From an uncultured Rhodospirillales bacterium (lineage in GTDB: Bacteria > Pseudomonadota > Alphaproteobacteria > CAZCBM01), in NCBI GenBank assembly GCA_964496805.1, contig CAZCBM010000001.1:1-59420 (forward strand): a stretch of DNA of 59,420 bases, in the 5' to 3' direction. A program made the position numbers and the translations under genes. Positions 46,952 to 56,529 of this stretch are shown in pieces. How positions within the stretch are numbered: position 1 is the first letter of the stretch; every line of letters begins with the position of its first letter. A model generated the notes under the pieces. It did no database searches. It was not told the origin of the DNA and saw only the letters and a program-made list of their open reading frames with translations.

Positions 46952-47461
46952 ATGACAACCATGGTCAAATCCCTCGCCCTATCCCTGGGCTTGTTTTGCG
47001 GTCTTGCCCCGCAGGCCCAGGCGGCCGGTTGCCCGCCGGAACACGTCCTGACCGAGCCACGGCAACTGGAGAGGATGCCGCAGGAACACCTCACCCGGGA
47101 GGTGATTGCCAATGTCCGGCTTGAGGGCTGGCGCGACATGGGACCCTTCATCCTGCGCACCCGGCGGCTGGAACTTCAGCCAGGCGGTTTGGTGCCCACC
47201 CACAGCCACGCTGATCGGCCGGCCATCGTCTACATCCTCAAAGGCACGGTGATTGAGCACAACAGCTTCTGCGCCGTTCCCATCGTGCACCATGCCGGCG
47301 AAGTGTCTGAGGAGTTTGGCCCAGGGTTTGTCCATTGGTGGGAGAATCCAGGCAACGAGGTCGTCACGTTCTTGTCCAGCGACGTGGTGCCCTTCCCCAG
47401 TGACGCTGACCTCTTCTACGGGTTTGAGGCCAACAGCAGCCCGGAAGACGCCCGCAACTGA
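46952..47461 (+). CDS. secreted cupin-domain protein
   Basis: AGGAG lies upstream. Signal peptide ...APQAQAAG. Cupin motif GGLVPTHSHADRPAIVYILKG. Confidence 0.65.
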   Translation: MTTMVKSLALSLGLFCGLAPQAQAAGCPPEHVLTEPRQLERMPQEHLTREVIANVRLEGWRDMGPFILRTRRLELQPGGLVPTHSHADRPAIVYILKGTVIEHNSFCAVPIVHHAGEVSEEFGPGFVHWWENPGNEVVTFLSSDVVPFPSDADLFYGFEANSSPEDARN

Positions 47462-47645
47462 CGTTTCCTGGCATGCGCGCTGCCCTGCATCCCCAAGGGC
47501 AGCGCCCCTGCCGCCTGGTGCAGCATGTCTTCCCGCTCCTGTTCCCCTTCGGTCCACCCAAGGCAGCATCATCGCCGGCGGTGGCCCCGCAGGGGGAGCG
47601 GGAGAGAGATGCCGCGCGTGCCAATCAATGGCCTGCGGAGGGCCG

Positions 47646-48125
47646 ATGATGTTGAAAAATGTGGTTCTGAGCCTGCTGCTGATCATCGGATCTGCCTCTC
47701 TGGCGCAGGCCCAGACCGCCGACTTGGGGCCCGATGGGCCAGCGTCTCTGTTGGCCACCTATGAGGCATTCGCTGCCGCACAGAATGATCGTGATCTTGA
47801 TCGGGTGGGGCAATTCTTCATCGATGGACCTGAGTTCCTGTGGGTCTCCGATGGTCAGTCCTTCTGGGGACGGGAAGCCGTCCTGGCACGCATGGGCCGC
47901 TTTCAAGGGGCGGATATCTGGCGGGTTCTCCCTGACTTAGACACCGCCAGGATTGTTCCCCTGTCGCAAGACAGTGCTTTCCTGCACCTGTCCTTGGTGT
48001 TGGAGATTGGGTCGGATCCCCGCCCGAACCGCTTGGGGTTCCTGGTCACAATTCTGTTTGTTAAGCAGGAAAGTGCGCCATGGCGCATTGCAGCATTGCT
48101 CACCACCCGCGAGAAGAACCAGTAG
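47646..48125 (+). CDS. secreted SnoaL/NTF2-like (DUF4440-like) protein
   Basis: ATG 47646 inside ORF 47253..48125. Signal peptide MMLKNVVLSLLLIIGSASLAQAQ. The fold assignment is tentative. Confidence 0.5.
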   Translation: MMLKNVVLSLLLIIGSASLAQAQTADLGPDGPASLLATYEAFAAAQNDRDLDRVGQFFIDGPEFLWVSDGQSFWGREAVLARMGRFQGADIWRVLPDLDTARIVPLSQDSAFLHLSLVLEIGSDPRPNRLGFLVTILFVKQESAPWRIAALLTTREKNQ

Positions 48126-48200
48126 TGGCGACGCAGGCCCAAGGGGCTGTCCGCCCGGCGCAGCCGCCCTCGCCGTGACCGGGCCATGGAGGACTGAGAC

Positions 48201-49446
48201 ATGCTCTATTTGGTTCAAGGGGCTCTACGGGGGGATCGGCCGCGGGACATTATTCGTCGCTCCACCATCATCGGGATCATCAGCTTTCTTACGCTGATCG
48301 ACTTGTTCGGCAGCCAGGCCTTGCTGCCCCGGCTGGTGGTTGCGTTCGACACCGACCCTGGGTTCATGGGCCTCGCGGTGAACGCGGCCACGCCGGGCAT
48401 GGCGCTGTCTGGCCTGCTGGTGGCATAGTTTGCAGACCGGATTGACCGTAAGCGCGGCATCTGGATCAGCCTTGCCTGCCTGAGTGTCCCGACGGCATTG
48501 CTGGGGGTTGTGGACTCGGTCAACCTGTTCATGGCGCTCAGGATTGCCCAGGGCGTGTTCATGGCGGCAGCCTTCACGCTGACCATGACTTATCTGTCGG
48601 AGCAGTGCGATGTGACCGCCGCCGGTGGAGCCATGGCCGCCTACATCACCGGCAATGTTGCCTCCAACCTGCTGGGTCGCATCATGGCGGTGAGTGCCGC
48701 CGATGGGCTGGGCCTCAGCGGTTCTTTCTTCGTCTTTGCCGCTCTCAACCTCGTGGGCGCGCTGCTGGCCTTTACGCTGGTGGGGGCCCGGGATAACGAG
48801 CGCCCGGTGCGGACGGGATCGCCGGCGGCCGCCTGGCGTCAGCATATGGCCCATCCGGCACTGCGGGCCGCCTTTGTGATGGGGTTCGCCATCCTGTTCA
48901 TCTTCGTGGGTGTCTTCACCTATGTGAACCTGCATCTGACCCAAGCCCTGGGCATCGATGAGGCGTTGCTGGGCGTGGTCTACTTGGTGTTTCTGCCGGC
49001 CCTGATCACGACGCCCTATGCATCGCGGGCGGTGAGCCACTTTGGACCGAAGCGGGTGTTCCAGGTGGCGGGGGGGGGGCTGCCTCGCTGGGACCGGCCT
49101 CACTTTGATCCCCGCACTGCCACCGGTTCTGGCGGGCCTCGCCGTGATTGGCGCTGGCACCTTCTTTATGCAGGCCGCCGCCACGGGATTTGTCGGCCGA
49201 ACCGCGCTAACCAATAGGGCGGCTGCCAATGGGCTCTATCTCACCAGCTACTATGTAGGTGGCCTTGTTGGGGCGTTGGCGTTGGGTCAGGCCCACCTGA
49301 TCGGCCAGTGGCCGCTCATCGCGGCCATTGTGTTGGCCGTCCTGGCAGGCCTTATCCTGCTGGCTCGGTTCTTGGGTAACCCTGGGCCGGAGGTGCGCCC
49401 GCTGGCGGAACAAGCGACGGCATCGTCGGCGGCATCTGGCTCCTGA
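48201..49446 (+). pseudogene. MFS transporter disrupted by an in-frame TAG and a frameshift at a G10 tract
   Basis: Three ORF pieces are collinear with one 12-TM MFS protein. TAG at 48426-48428 interrupts the motif-A region (GLLVA*FADRIDRKRG). A frame change occurs at the G-run 49070-49079. Confidence 0.7.
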
Positions 49447-49562
49447 GCCCGTTGCCTTGCCGATGATTCAGGCATTAGGCCTTGGCTGGCCGTCTGCTGC
49501 AGGTGTACGGTTATGACAAATGCGTCTTTCAACCCTTTGTCTCGCCTGTATGAGGTCGTACC

Positions 49563-50165
49563 ATGTCCACAGTCCCTATGGCCCGCTTTCTGGTGCTGGC
49601 TCCCTTGAGCCTCCTGGCCCTCAGCGTCCCTGCCCTTGCCCATGCTGGCGAGGGGCTTGGGGGCGGCTTCGTGAGTGGCTTTTCGCATCCGGTGCTGGGA
49701 TGGGACCACGTGGTGGCCATGGTGGCCGTGGGCCTGTGGGGGGCTTTCCTGGGTAAGCCCGCGCTTTGGATCCTGCCCATTGCTTTTCCCCTGGTGATGA
49801 CGTTGGGGGCTGTTCTGGGCATCCTCGGCGTGCCTGTCCCTGAGGTCGAGGTGGGCATCGCCGCTTCCGCTATTGTCCTGGGCGGGCTGATCGCCACAGC
49901 CGCTCGGTTGCCTGTGGTGGCCGCTGCCGTGGTCGTTGGGCTGTTTGCTGTCTTCCATGGCCATGCCCATGGCACAGAGTTGCCCGCCGCCACCAATGCG
50001 GCGGCCTATGCAGTAGGATTTGTGCTGGCCACGGGCCTGTTGCACTTGGCCGGGATCGCCTTGGGCGTGCTGGTACGTTGGCGGATGGGCCGGCTGGCCG
50101 TGCGTGCCGGCGGCGTCGGCATTGCGGCCCTGGGGGTGTTGTTCCTCAGCCGTGCCCTGGCGTAA
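49563..50165 (+). CDS. HupE/UreJ-family metal (Ni/Co) transporter
   Basis: Signal peptide followed by HAGEGLGGGFVSGFSHPVLGWDHVVAMVAVGLW and FHGHAHGTE. Confidence 0.8.
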   Translation: MSTVPMARFLVLAPLSLLALSVPALAHAGEGLGGGFVSGFSHPVLGWDHVVAMVAVGLWGAFLGKPALWILPIAFPLVMTLGAVLGILGVPVPEVEVGIAASAIVLGGLIATAARLPVVAAAVVVGLFAVFHGHAHGTELPAATNAAAYAVGFVLATGLLHLAGIALGVLVRWRMGRLAVRAGGVGIAALGVLFLSRALA

Positions 50166-50193
50166 AGCGCGCGGCCTCTTCAAACGCTCTTTC

Positions 50194-50886
50194 GTGGGCC
50201 GGAGTCTCTTCCTGGCCCTTCCGGCGATTGTCTTCAGCAGCCCCGCCTCTGCCCATGGTCTGCCCAATGGGTTCGAGGGGGTGAGTCTTGGTGCCGAGAT
50301 TGTCCTCGGCAGCCCCTATACCCTCCTTCCAGCGGTGGCTGCGGGCCTGTTGATTGGCCAGCACCCCTTCAGTCGCCTAGCCTGGACTTGGGCGGCGCTG
50401 GCCGGAGGGCTGGCCCTTGGCAGCATTGCCGCCATCCTCGTAACCCTGAGGCTGATCCCGGCCCCGGTCTTCACCCTGTTGGTCTGGTCCCTGTATGGCG
50501 TGATGGGATTGGCCGCGGCGGCAGCCCTGCTGGCCGCCGCCCTGCCCCGGCTGCCACTGGGGGTGAGTGTCGGGTTGATCGCTGCCCTCGGGGCCCTCAC
50601 CGGGGTCTTGGCCTCCGATGATCATGCCGACGCTGACACCGGCGGTCTGGTGGCGTTGCTTTGCGGCTATGCGGTGGCGGGGCAGATGGTCCCGGCGGGT
50701 CTGGGTTGCTTTGCGGCGGCGCTGCGGGAGGCGTGGCCCTCATCGGCCTGGGTGGGCATCGGCTTGCGCATTGTTGCGGCCTGGACAGCGGCCATTGCCG
50801 TGCTGATCCTGACCGTCGATGCCACCGCGCCTGTGTGGAGCGAGGAGCCCCAGCCTACTGAGGCCATGACCGCATCAGGGCTGTGA
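50194..50886 (+). CDS. integral membrane protein (weakly HupE/UreJ-like topology)
   Basis: GTG 50194 inside ORF 50020..50886. Signal-like N-terminus ...SSPASAHG followed by about 6 TM helices. Both the start and the family are uncertain. Confidence 0.4.
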   Translation: MGRSLFLALPAIVFSSPASAHGLPNGFEGVSLGAEIVLGSPYTLLPAVAAGLLIGQHPFSRLAWTWAALAGGLALGSIAAILVTLRLIPAPVFTLLVWSLYGVMGLAAAAALLAAALPRLPLGVSVGLIAALGALTGVLASDDHADADTGGLVALLCGYAVAGQMVPAGLGCFAAALREAWPSSAWVGIGLRIVAAWTAAIAVLILTVDATAPVWSEEPQPTEAMTASGL

Positions 50887-51751
50887 CCTTGGCGTAGTTC
50901 TGCGCGACTTGGTCCAGTTCACCCCCATCGCGGAACAGCTGCTTATCCAGTTGCCGATGGGGGTCGCCGTTGGGCCATAGCCGCCAGCTGTCGTTGTCCA
51001 CCACGTCGGCGATCATCGGGTGCCCCTGCGCGTCCAGCCCCACCTCCATCTTGCAATCGGCCAGCACCAGCGGGCCGTCCGGCGCCGGCACGGCGGCCCA
51101 GGTTTGCTCCAGCACCTGGAAGGCAGGCAGGATGAGCTCCCCCATGATCCGGGCGAACAAGGCCGCGCTGACCGGGGCGGGGATACGGATCAACGGTGTG
51201 CCCTGAACCGGGGCTTTGGCAGAGTACAGCGCCCAGTGGTCCGACGCCCGGACGCAGTAGGGGTCTGTGTGGACACCGTCGGCCCAGGCGCCCTGGTGCA
51301 GATACCGCTGCCGGGCCGCGCCCTCCTCCATCACCTGCGGCTGCGCCACCGCCGGGGGGACCAGGGCAGCGTGCTTGTGGAAAACCTCGCTCACCAGACA
51401 CGCGAACCGCTTCGGTGGCCCATCAGCGGCGGGGGTAGCCTCCGGATGCCGCTTGAGGTAGCTGCCGAATGCAAAGCGCCGCACCACAAATTCCAGCGGC
51501 AGCATGTCCACCGCGCGGCACAGCAGGCGGTCCGGTGGCATATGATCCAGGAAGGCCGTTGCAATACCCGCAGCAGACAAGGTGCGAAAAACGATCGCCG
51601 CCTGTTCGGTCTTCTCCTGCCCCAAGGATGCGATCTCCGCCCGCCGCGCGGCGTCCCCGGCGGTCAGCCCGTCATTCGTCACCAACCAGACCGTATCCGG
51701 CTCCGGCCCCTGGACGATGGTTTTGGTTTTGCCAGCCGCCAGAACGGTCAT
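50855..51751 (-). CDS. divergent SAICAR synthetase-like protein
   Basis: Start at ATG 51751, overlapping the upstream stop (ATGA). GKTKTIV, LPLEFVVRRFAFGSYLKRHPE, LADCKMEVG, DNDSWRLWP, LDKQLFRDGG. It has a long insertion relative to typical PurC. Confidence 0.7.
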   Translation of the reverse strand: MTVLAAGKTKTIVQGPEPDTVWLVTNDGLTAGDAARRAEIASLGQEKTEQAAIVFRTLSAAGIATAFLDHMPPDRLLCRAVDMLPLEFVVRRFAFGSYLKRHPEATPAADGPPKRFACLVSEVFHKHAALVPPAVAQPQVMEEGAARQRYLHQGAWADGVHTDPYCVRASDHWALYSAKAPVQGTPLIRIPAPVSAALFARIMGELILPAFQVLEQTWAAVPAPDGPLVLADCKMEVGLDAQGHPMIADVVDNDSWRLWPNGDPHRQLDKQLFRDGGELDQVAQNYAKVTALMRSWPQ

Positions 51752-52533
51752 TGCAGCGCCCTCACGGCATTGCGGAACAGATGGATGCCGTCGCCATAGC
51801 GGGGCGGGGCGTCGCCGGATTGCACGCGTCGGGTCCAATCCGGCAAGTGATGGAAGAACAGTGCCCGTTCCGGATGGGGCATCAGCGCCAGAACCTGGCC
51901 GCTGGGGTCCGTGAGGCCGGCGATGTCGTCAACGCTGCCATTGGGGTTGGCCGGATAGGCGCCGCCCGCCGGCGCCCCCTGCTCATCACTGTAGCGCAGG
52001 GCCACTTGCCCCTGGGCCTCCAGATGCGCCAAGGCGCCTGGTGCCACCATCCATTGCCCTTCGCCGTGGGCCACGGGGACATGCAGGCGCTTGATGTCCG
52101 CCAACCAAGGCGAGGCGGTTCGTCCTACCACCAAATGGACCCAACGGGCCTGATAGTGTCCGCCGCGGTTGGGCAATAGGGTCACACTGTCCCGCCCCAG
52201 GGCCACCAACCCCAGGGAGGCCAGCACTTGGCACCCATTGCAGATGCCCAGCACAAGCCCGCCCCGTGCAATCAGACCTGGGATGTGATCTGCCCAGCGT
52301 CCTTGGATACGGCTGGCCAGGGCGTTGCCAGCACCCGTATCATCGCCGTAGCTGAATCCCCCAGGGATGGCCAAGATCTGTGCGTCCCGGATGATTTCAG
52401 CCGTGATATCGTCCGTATGGACGATGCGCGCCTTTGCGCCGGCCTCCTCAAAGGCTCTTGCCGTCTCCGTTTCGCAGTTCAGGCCATGACCGGCAACGAC
52501 GAGGGCATGGGGGGAGGCGGGAAGAGACATCAC
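51748..52533 (-). CDS. FGAM synthase-type glutamine amidotransferase (PurQ-like)
   Basis: GHGLNCETETARAFEEAGA, ILAIPGGFSYGDD, GICNGCQVL and HGEG (Cys-His triad pattern). Start at GTG 52533 or ATG 52530. Confidence 0.75.
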   Translation of the reverse strand: MMSLPASPHALVVAGHGLNCETETARAFEEAGAKARIVHTDDITAEIIRDAQILAIPGGFSYGDDTGAGNALASRIQGRWADHIPGLIARGGLVLGICNGCQVLASLGLVALGRDSVTLLPNRGGHYQARWVHLVVGRTASPWLADIKRLHVPVAHGEGQWMVAPGALAHLEAQGQVALRYSDEQGAPAGGAYPANPNGSVDDIAGLTDPSGQVLALMPHPERALFFHHLPDWTRRVQSGDAPPRYGDGIHLFRNAVRALQ

Positions 52534-52821
52534 GGGACCACAGGCAAATGGCGGGAGGGCGGTGCGACGGGACTTGCCACACTTTTCGGCGTCGGCGGAC
52601 TGGCCGATCGCCGCCCACGGTCAGAAAGACAGGATTGCTCAGACGCTCGGATGTTTCCACACACCACGCAGCAACCCGAGACGCTGGCCATAGCTGACCG
52701 CTCCTGACAGGGCAAGCCGGCAGCCTGGAGAGCAACCCGCTGTGGCGCCCCGTGCCCCCCTTGATCCGCGGTATGCCGGGTTGACCTTGCCTCTCCCATC
52801 AGCCTCAGAAGGACAATAGGC

Positions 52822-53289
52822 GTGCCGGACCCCACCTCTGCTTGTAGCCTCTCCCTCACCGGTGCCGCCGCCATCACGCGCGGAGCGCGGCGGCATCTGG
52901 CCCTCGGCGGCTGTGATGCCCTGCCGGAAGTTACCCTGCCGGACGGCCGCCGCGCCGACCTGATGGGCATGAGCCGCGATGGCCACCCGCTGATTGTCGA
53001 GGTGAAATCGGGGCCCGCAGACTTTCTCAGCGATAGCAAGTGGCCTGCCTATCTGGGGTACTGTCAGCGCTTTTGGTTTGCCGTCGACGCGGCGTTCCCG
53101 CTGGCGTTGCTGCCGGACGAGCCCGCCGTGGGCATCCTGATCGCCGACGCGTACGGAGCGGTCGAACACCGCCCCCCGGACACCCGCAGCATGGCCCCCG
53201 CCAGGCGTCGGGCGATGCTGCTGCATCTGGCCACGCTGGCCGCCAGGCGCCTGCATCACCTGCAGGACCCGTGGGCAGACGCGGGCTAA
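52822..53289 (+). CDS. MmcB-family (DUF1052) PD-(D/E)xK DNA repair protein
   Basis: EVTLPDGRRADLMGMSRDGHPLIVEVKSGPADFLSDSKWPAYLGYCQRFWFAV...GILIADAYG. Confidence 0.6.
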   Translation: MPDPTSACSLSLTGAAAITRGARRHLALGGCDALPEVTLPDGRRADLMGMSRDGHPLIVEVKSGPADFLSDSKWPAYLGYCQRFWFAVDAAFPLALLPDEPAVGILIADAYGAVEHRPPDTRSMAPARRRAMLLHLATLAARRLHHLQDPWADAG

Positions 53290-53313
53290 AGCCTGTCCCA
53301 CCTACCTTGACCA

Positions 53314-53380
53314 CCCCGCGCCCCCACCCGGCCACCCACGCCAGTATCGTACCAATGGGTGGCCGGGTGGGGGCGCGGGG
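53314..53380. repeat. perfect 25-bp inverted repeat with 17-nt loop (bidirectional terminator-like palindromic element)
   Basis: CCCCGCGCCCCCACCCGGCCACCCA (53314-53338) pairs with TGGGTGGCCGGGTGGGGGCGCGGGG (53356-53380). It lies between convergent genes and is related to 20288..20372. Confidence 0.8.
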
Positions 53381-53501
53381 CTGGAGTGGACTCTATCTCA
53401 CCGAAACGGGCTCTAAAGCCGTTCGCGCGGCAAAGGAACCGCTGCGGGGTCGCAGAGCGGGTGGGCCAGACGGCTCCTAAAAAAGGCCCTGACTGCCAGG
53501 A

Positions 53502-53981
53502 TCAGTAGCCGATGTGGGCCGTGAACTCCCGCAGCACCAAGCCCCAGAAATCCACCGTGTCCTTGAAATTGGCGGTGCAGACGCCGCCGTCCAAATTGAC
53601 GTTCATCTCGATCACCGCATCGCCCTGGGTGTCGAGATAGGCTTTGCCGAAGCGCTTCTCATAGTTCCAACTGTTGATCTGATCCAGCGTCACAGGCGTG
53701 TCCACGGTGAAACCGGCAGTGAACTGGACATCCGTGCAGTCCTGCCCGTTGGTGCAACCATAGAAGTAAACGGCATAACTGATCCCCTCCATACGCCCGG
53801 TGATCAAAGGATCTCCTTCTTGGTCCTTGGTTACCTCAGCCGCCCCGGCCGCCTGGAGCAGGGTAACCATGGCCTGGGGATCAGAGGCGCTGATGGTTTC
53901 GCATTGGGCGTGGGCGATGCCGGAACCGGCCAGCAGACCGAGGGCCAGCACGGGAAGCAGGGTACGCAGGCGACGGGTCAT
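53502..53981 (-). CDS. secreted YbjN-like domain protein
   Basis: Start at ATG 53981 inside ORF 53502..54623. Signal peptide MTRRLRTLLPVLALGLLAGSGIAHA. The family call is tentative. Confidence 0.45.
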   Translation of the reverse strand: MTRRLRTLLPVLALGLLAGSGIAHAQCETISASDPQAMVTLLQAAGAAEVTKDQEGDPLITGRMEGISYAVYFYGCTNGQDCTDVQFTAGFTVDTPVTLDQINSWNYEKRFGKAYLDTQGDAVIEMNVNLDGGVCTANFKDTVDFWGLVLREFTAHIGY

Positions 53982-54203
53982 GGCAGAGGGCTCCGATCCG
54001 GTGGATAGCTTGAGGAAGGCGCAGACATGGGCTTCTATGCTGGACCACCATGGCCCGATCATGGCAACCCCTGTGGCGCCATGGCGCGCCTTGGCCACTT
54101 GTGTGCGTCTCCACACCTTGATTTGCGGGGTCAACCGACGACAAGGGGTCATCCGCTGCTTCTCGTGCGTCACCTTACCTCCAGAACAACAGGTCTCCCA
54201 GCC

Positions 54204-55058
54204 GTGTCCAATCCGATCTTCGTGTTCAAGCTGAGCTGTCAGGATCGCCCTGGCATCGTCGCTGCCGTATCCAGCTGCATTGCCGAGCATGGTGGCAATA
54301 TTCTGGAAAGCGCACAGTTTGACGATCTGGACACAGGCGACTTCTTCATGCGCGTGCGGTTCAGTTGTCAGACCGATCAAGGGCGGGATCGGTGGGAGCA
54401 CGCCTTCAAGCCTGTGATTGACCGCTTCGGCATGCGCCACGAATTGATTGACGAAAGCCACCGTCAAAGGGTGGTGATCATGGTCTCCAAGATCGATCAT
54501 TGCCTCAATGACCTGCTGTATCGTTGGCGGCGTGGTCGCCTTGCCATGGATATTGTTGCCGTCGTCTCCAACCACGATGTCCTGCGGTCGGAGGTGGAGG
54601 CCTTGGGCATCCCTTACCATCATTGGCCGGTGACACCGGAAACGAAGGCGGAGCAGGAGGCAAAACTCCTAGCGCTGATTGATGCCGAACAGGTGGACCT
54701 GGTGGTGCTCGCGCGCTACATGCAGGTTTTGAGCAACAGCCTGTCCCGGAAGTTGTATGGCCGGGTGATCAACATCCATCACTCGTTTCTGCCTGGGTTC
54801 AAGGGGGCCAAGCCCTATCATCAGGCCCATGCACGGGGCGTGAAACTAATTGGCGCCACGGCCCATTTCGTGACAGAGGACCTGGACGAGGGTCCAATCA
54901 TCGCCCAGGACGTGGCCGTTGTGGATCACAGTTTCAGTGTGCGCCGAATGGTGGATGCCGGCGGCGACGTTGAGGCACGGGTGCTGGCACGGGCCGTGCG
55001 CTATCACCTGCAAAACCGCATTCTGCTGAACGGCAACAAAACGGTGGTCTTCACCTGA
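54204..55058 (+). CDS. purU: formyltetrahydrofolate deformylase
   Basis: GTG 54204. N-terminal ACT domain (FVFKLSCQDRPGIVAAVSSCIAEHGGNI). Formyltransferase core (INIHHSFLPGFKGAKPYHQA, GATAHFVTEDLDEGPII). Confidence 0.85.
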   Translation: MSNPIFVFKLSCQDRPGIVAAVSSCIAEHGGNILESAQFDDLDTGDFFMRVRFSCQTDQGRDRWEHAFKPVIDRFGMRHELIDESHRQRVVIMVSKIDHCLNDLLYRWRRGRLAMDIVAVVSNHDVLRSEVEALGIPYHHWPVTPETKAEQEAKLLALIDAEQVDLVVLARYMQVLSNSLSRKLYGRVINIHHSFLPGFKGAKPYHQAHARGVKLIGATAHFVTEDLDEGPIIAQDVAVVDHSFSVRRMVDAGGDVEARVLARAVRYHLQNRILLNGNKTVVFT

Positions 55059-55127
55059 CGCGCGCGCCTGACGAGAGGGGCAACAGGTGGGACACCGACC
55101 CCCAGTCCCCTGTACGGAGGAAGGCCC

Positions 55128-56054
55128 ATGACCGCCGCCACCGCAGACATCATTGATGGCAAGGCCTTCGCCCAGGGCGTGCGTGCCCGCGTGGGCGAAG
55201 GCGTTGAGCGATTTCGCGCCCGATGCGGCCGACCGCCTGGGTTGACCGTGATCCTGGTGGGTCAGGATCCTGCCAGCGAGGTCTATGTGCGCAACAAGGC
55301 CCGCATGGCCCAGAAACTGGGGATCGATGGGGAGTTGGTGCGCCTGCCGGCAGAAACCAGCGAAGCCGATCTGTTGGGTCGCATCGCGGCGCTTAACCGG
55401 AACCCTCGGGTGGATGGCATTCTGGTGCAGTTGCCCTTGCCAGCCCACATCGACGAAGACCAAGTCATTTCCAGCATCGATCCCGACAAGGATGTGGATG
55501 GCTTTCACCCGTTGAATGTTGGGCGCCTGCACCTGGGCCAAGAAACCATGGTCCCCTGCACGCCCCTGGGCTGCCTGATGCTGATCCAGGACCGGGTCCC
55601 GGATCTCTCTGGGAAACTGGCTGTGGTGGTGGGCCGCTCCAACATCGTCGGCCGGCCTATGGCTGCCCTGCTGACCCAAGCCAATGCCACCACGGTCCTG
55701 GCCCATTCCCGCACCCGGGACCTGCCGGCCCTGTGCCGACAGGCGGATATCCTGGTGGTGGCGGTTGGCCGTCCAGGGATGGTGACAGGGGATTGGATCA
55801 AGCCCGGCGCGCTGGTCATGGATGTGGGCATCAATCGATTGGAGCCAACGCCCGAAGCCCTTGCGGCCAATCCGGAGGCGAAGGCCCGCCTTGCCGGCGA
55901 TGTGGCGTTTGAGGAGGCCATGGAGGTTGCCTCGGCGGTGACCCCTGTCCCCGGAGGCGTCGGCCCCATGACCATCGCCTGCCTGATGCAGGCGACCCTG
56001 ACCGCCGCCGAGCGTCGGCAGGCCCGTGCGGCAGGCCACGCTGCCACCGCCTGA
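55128..56054 (+). CDS. folD: bifunctional methylene-THF dehydrogenase/methenyl-THF cyclohydrolase
   Basis: [15 protein letters not shown]..., [53 protein letters not shown]. Confidence 0.95.
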   Translation: MTAATADIIDGKAFAQGVRARVGEGVERFRARCGRPPGLTVILVGQDPASEVYVRNKARMAQKLGIDGELVRLPAETSEADLLGRIAALNRNPRVDGILVQLPLPAHIDEDQVISSIDPDKDVDGFHPLNVGRLHLGQETMVPCTPLGCLMLIQDRVPDLSGKLAVVVGRSNIVGRPMAALLTQANATTVLAHSRTRDLPALCRQADILVVAVGRPGMVTGDWIKPGALVMDVGINRLEPTPEALAANPEAKARLAGDVAFEEAMEVASAVTPVPGGVGPMTIACLMQATLTAAERRQARAAGHAATA

Positions 56055-56136
56055 GCAGAGCAGCGCCGTTTCCTGGCCGTAATTCTCCATCCTAAAAGGG
56101 GTCGTGTCTTTTTCCCGCCCCTTGCCGGAGGTCGCC

Positions 56137-56529
56137 ATGCGCCTACCCCTTCTGACTGCTGGTCTTCTTGCCCTCAGCACAAGCCTTGCTGCGGCCGAGA
56201 CCGTCACCCTGGATAGCCTTGCTGGGGATTACGGTGATCGAAATGGCCGACTTCGCTGCGCGGCGGACAATGAGTTCCTGCGGTTCGGGGCTGACGGTGC
56301 CCTGCAGATTAACGAGGGCCGGGGCTTGGAACCGGCGGGAACCGTTGCCCTGGATCCTGATGAGCGGGTGCGCTTGACCTTGCCAGATGGCATGGCCATC
56401 CTGCTCACCGTCTACGCGGGGGAGCTGACCATTTCCGGGGCTGAACGGGATGGCAGTGCCGACGCTGATCTCCTGCAGAGCCTTCAGGATCGCCACGGCG
56501 GGTTTGTGCGCTGCGACTTCATTGATTGA
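56137..56529 (+). CDS. hypothetical secreted protein (130 aa)
   Basis: ATG 56137 with GGAG upstream. Signal peptide MRLPLLTAGLLALSTSLAAA. No recognised domain. Confidence 0.45.
   Translation: MRLPLLTAGLLALSTSLAAAETVTLDSLAGDYGDRNGRLRCAADNEFLRFGADGALQINEGRGLEPAGTVALDPDERVRLTLPDGMAILLTVYAGELTISGAERDGSADADLLQSLQDRHGGFVRCDFID

Noticed and set aside
49447-49562. Cobalamin riboswitch upstream of the HupE/UreJ gene.
   Set aside because: The leader of about 115 nt is too short, and no B12-box-like GCCACUG core is present.
53982-55127. ZTP (pfl) or THF riboswitch upstream of purU or folD.
   Set aside because: No GGGUCGUGACUGGCG-like 5' module or CCGCCUGGGC pseudoknot partner is visible. The folD leader is only about 70 nt.
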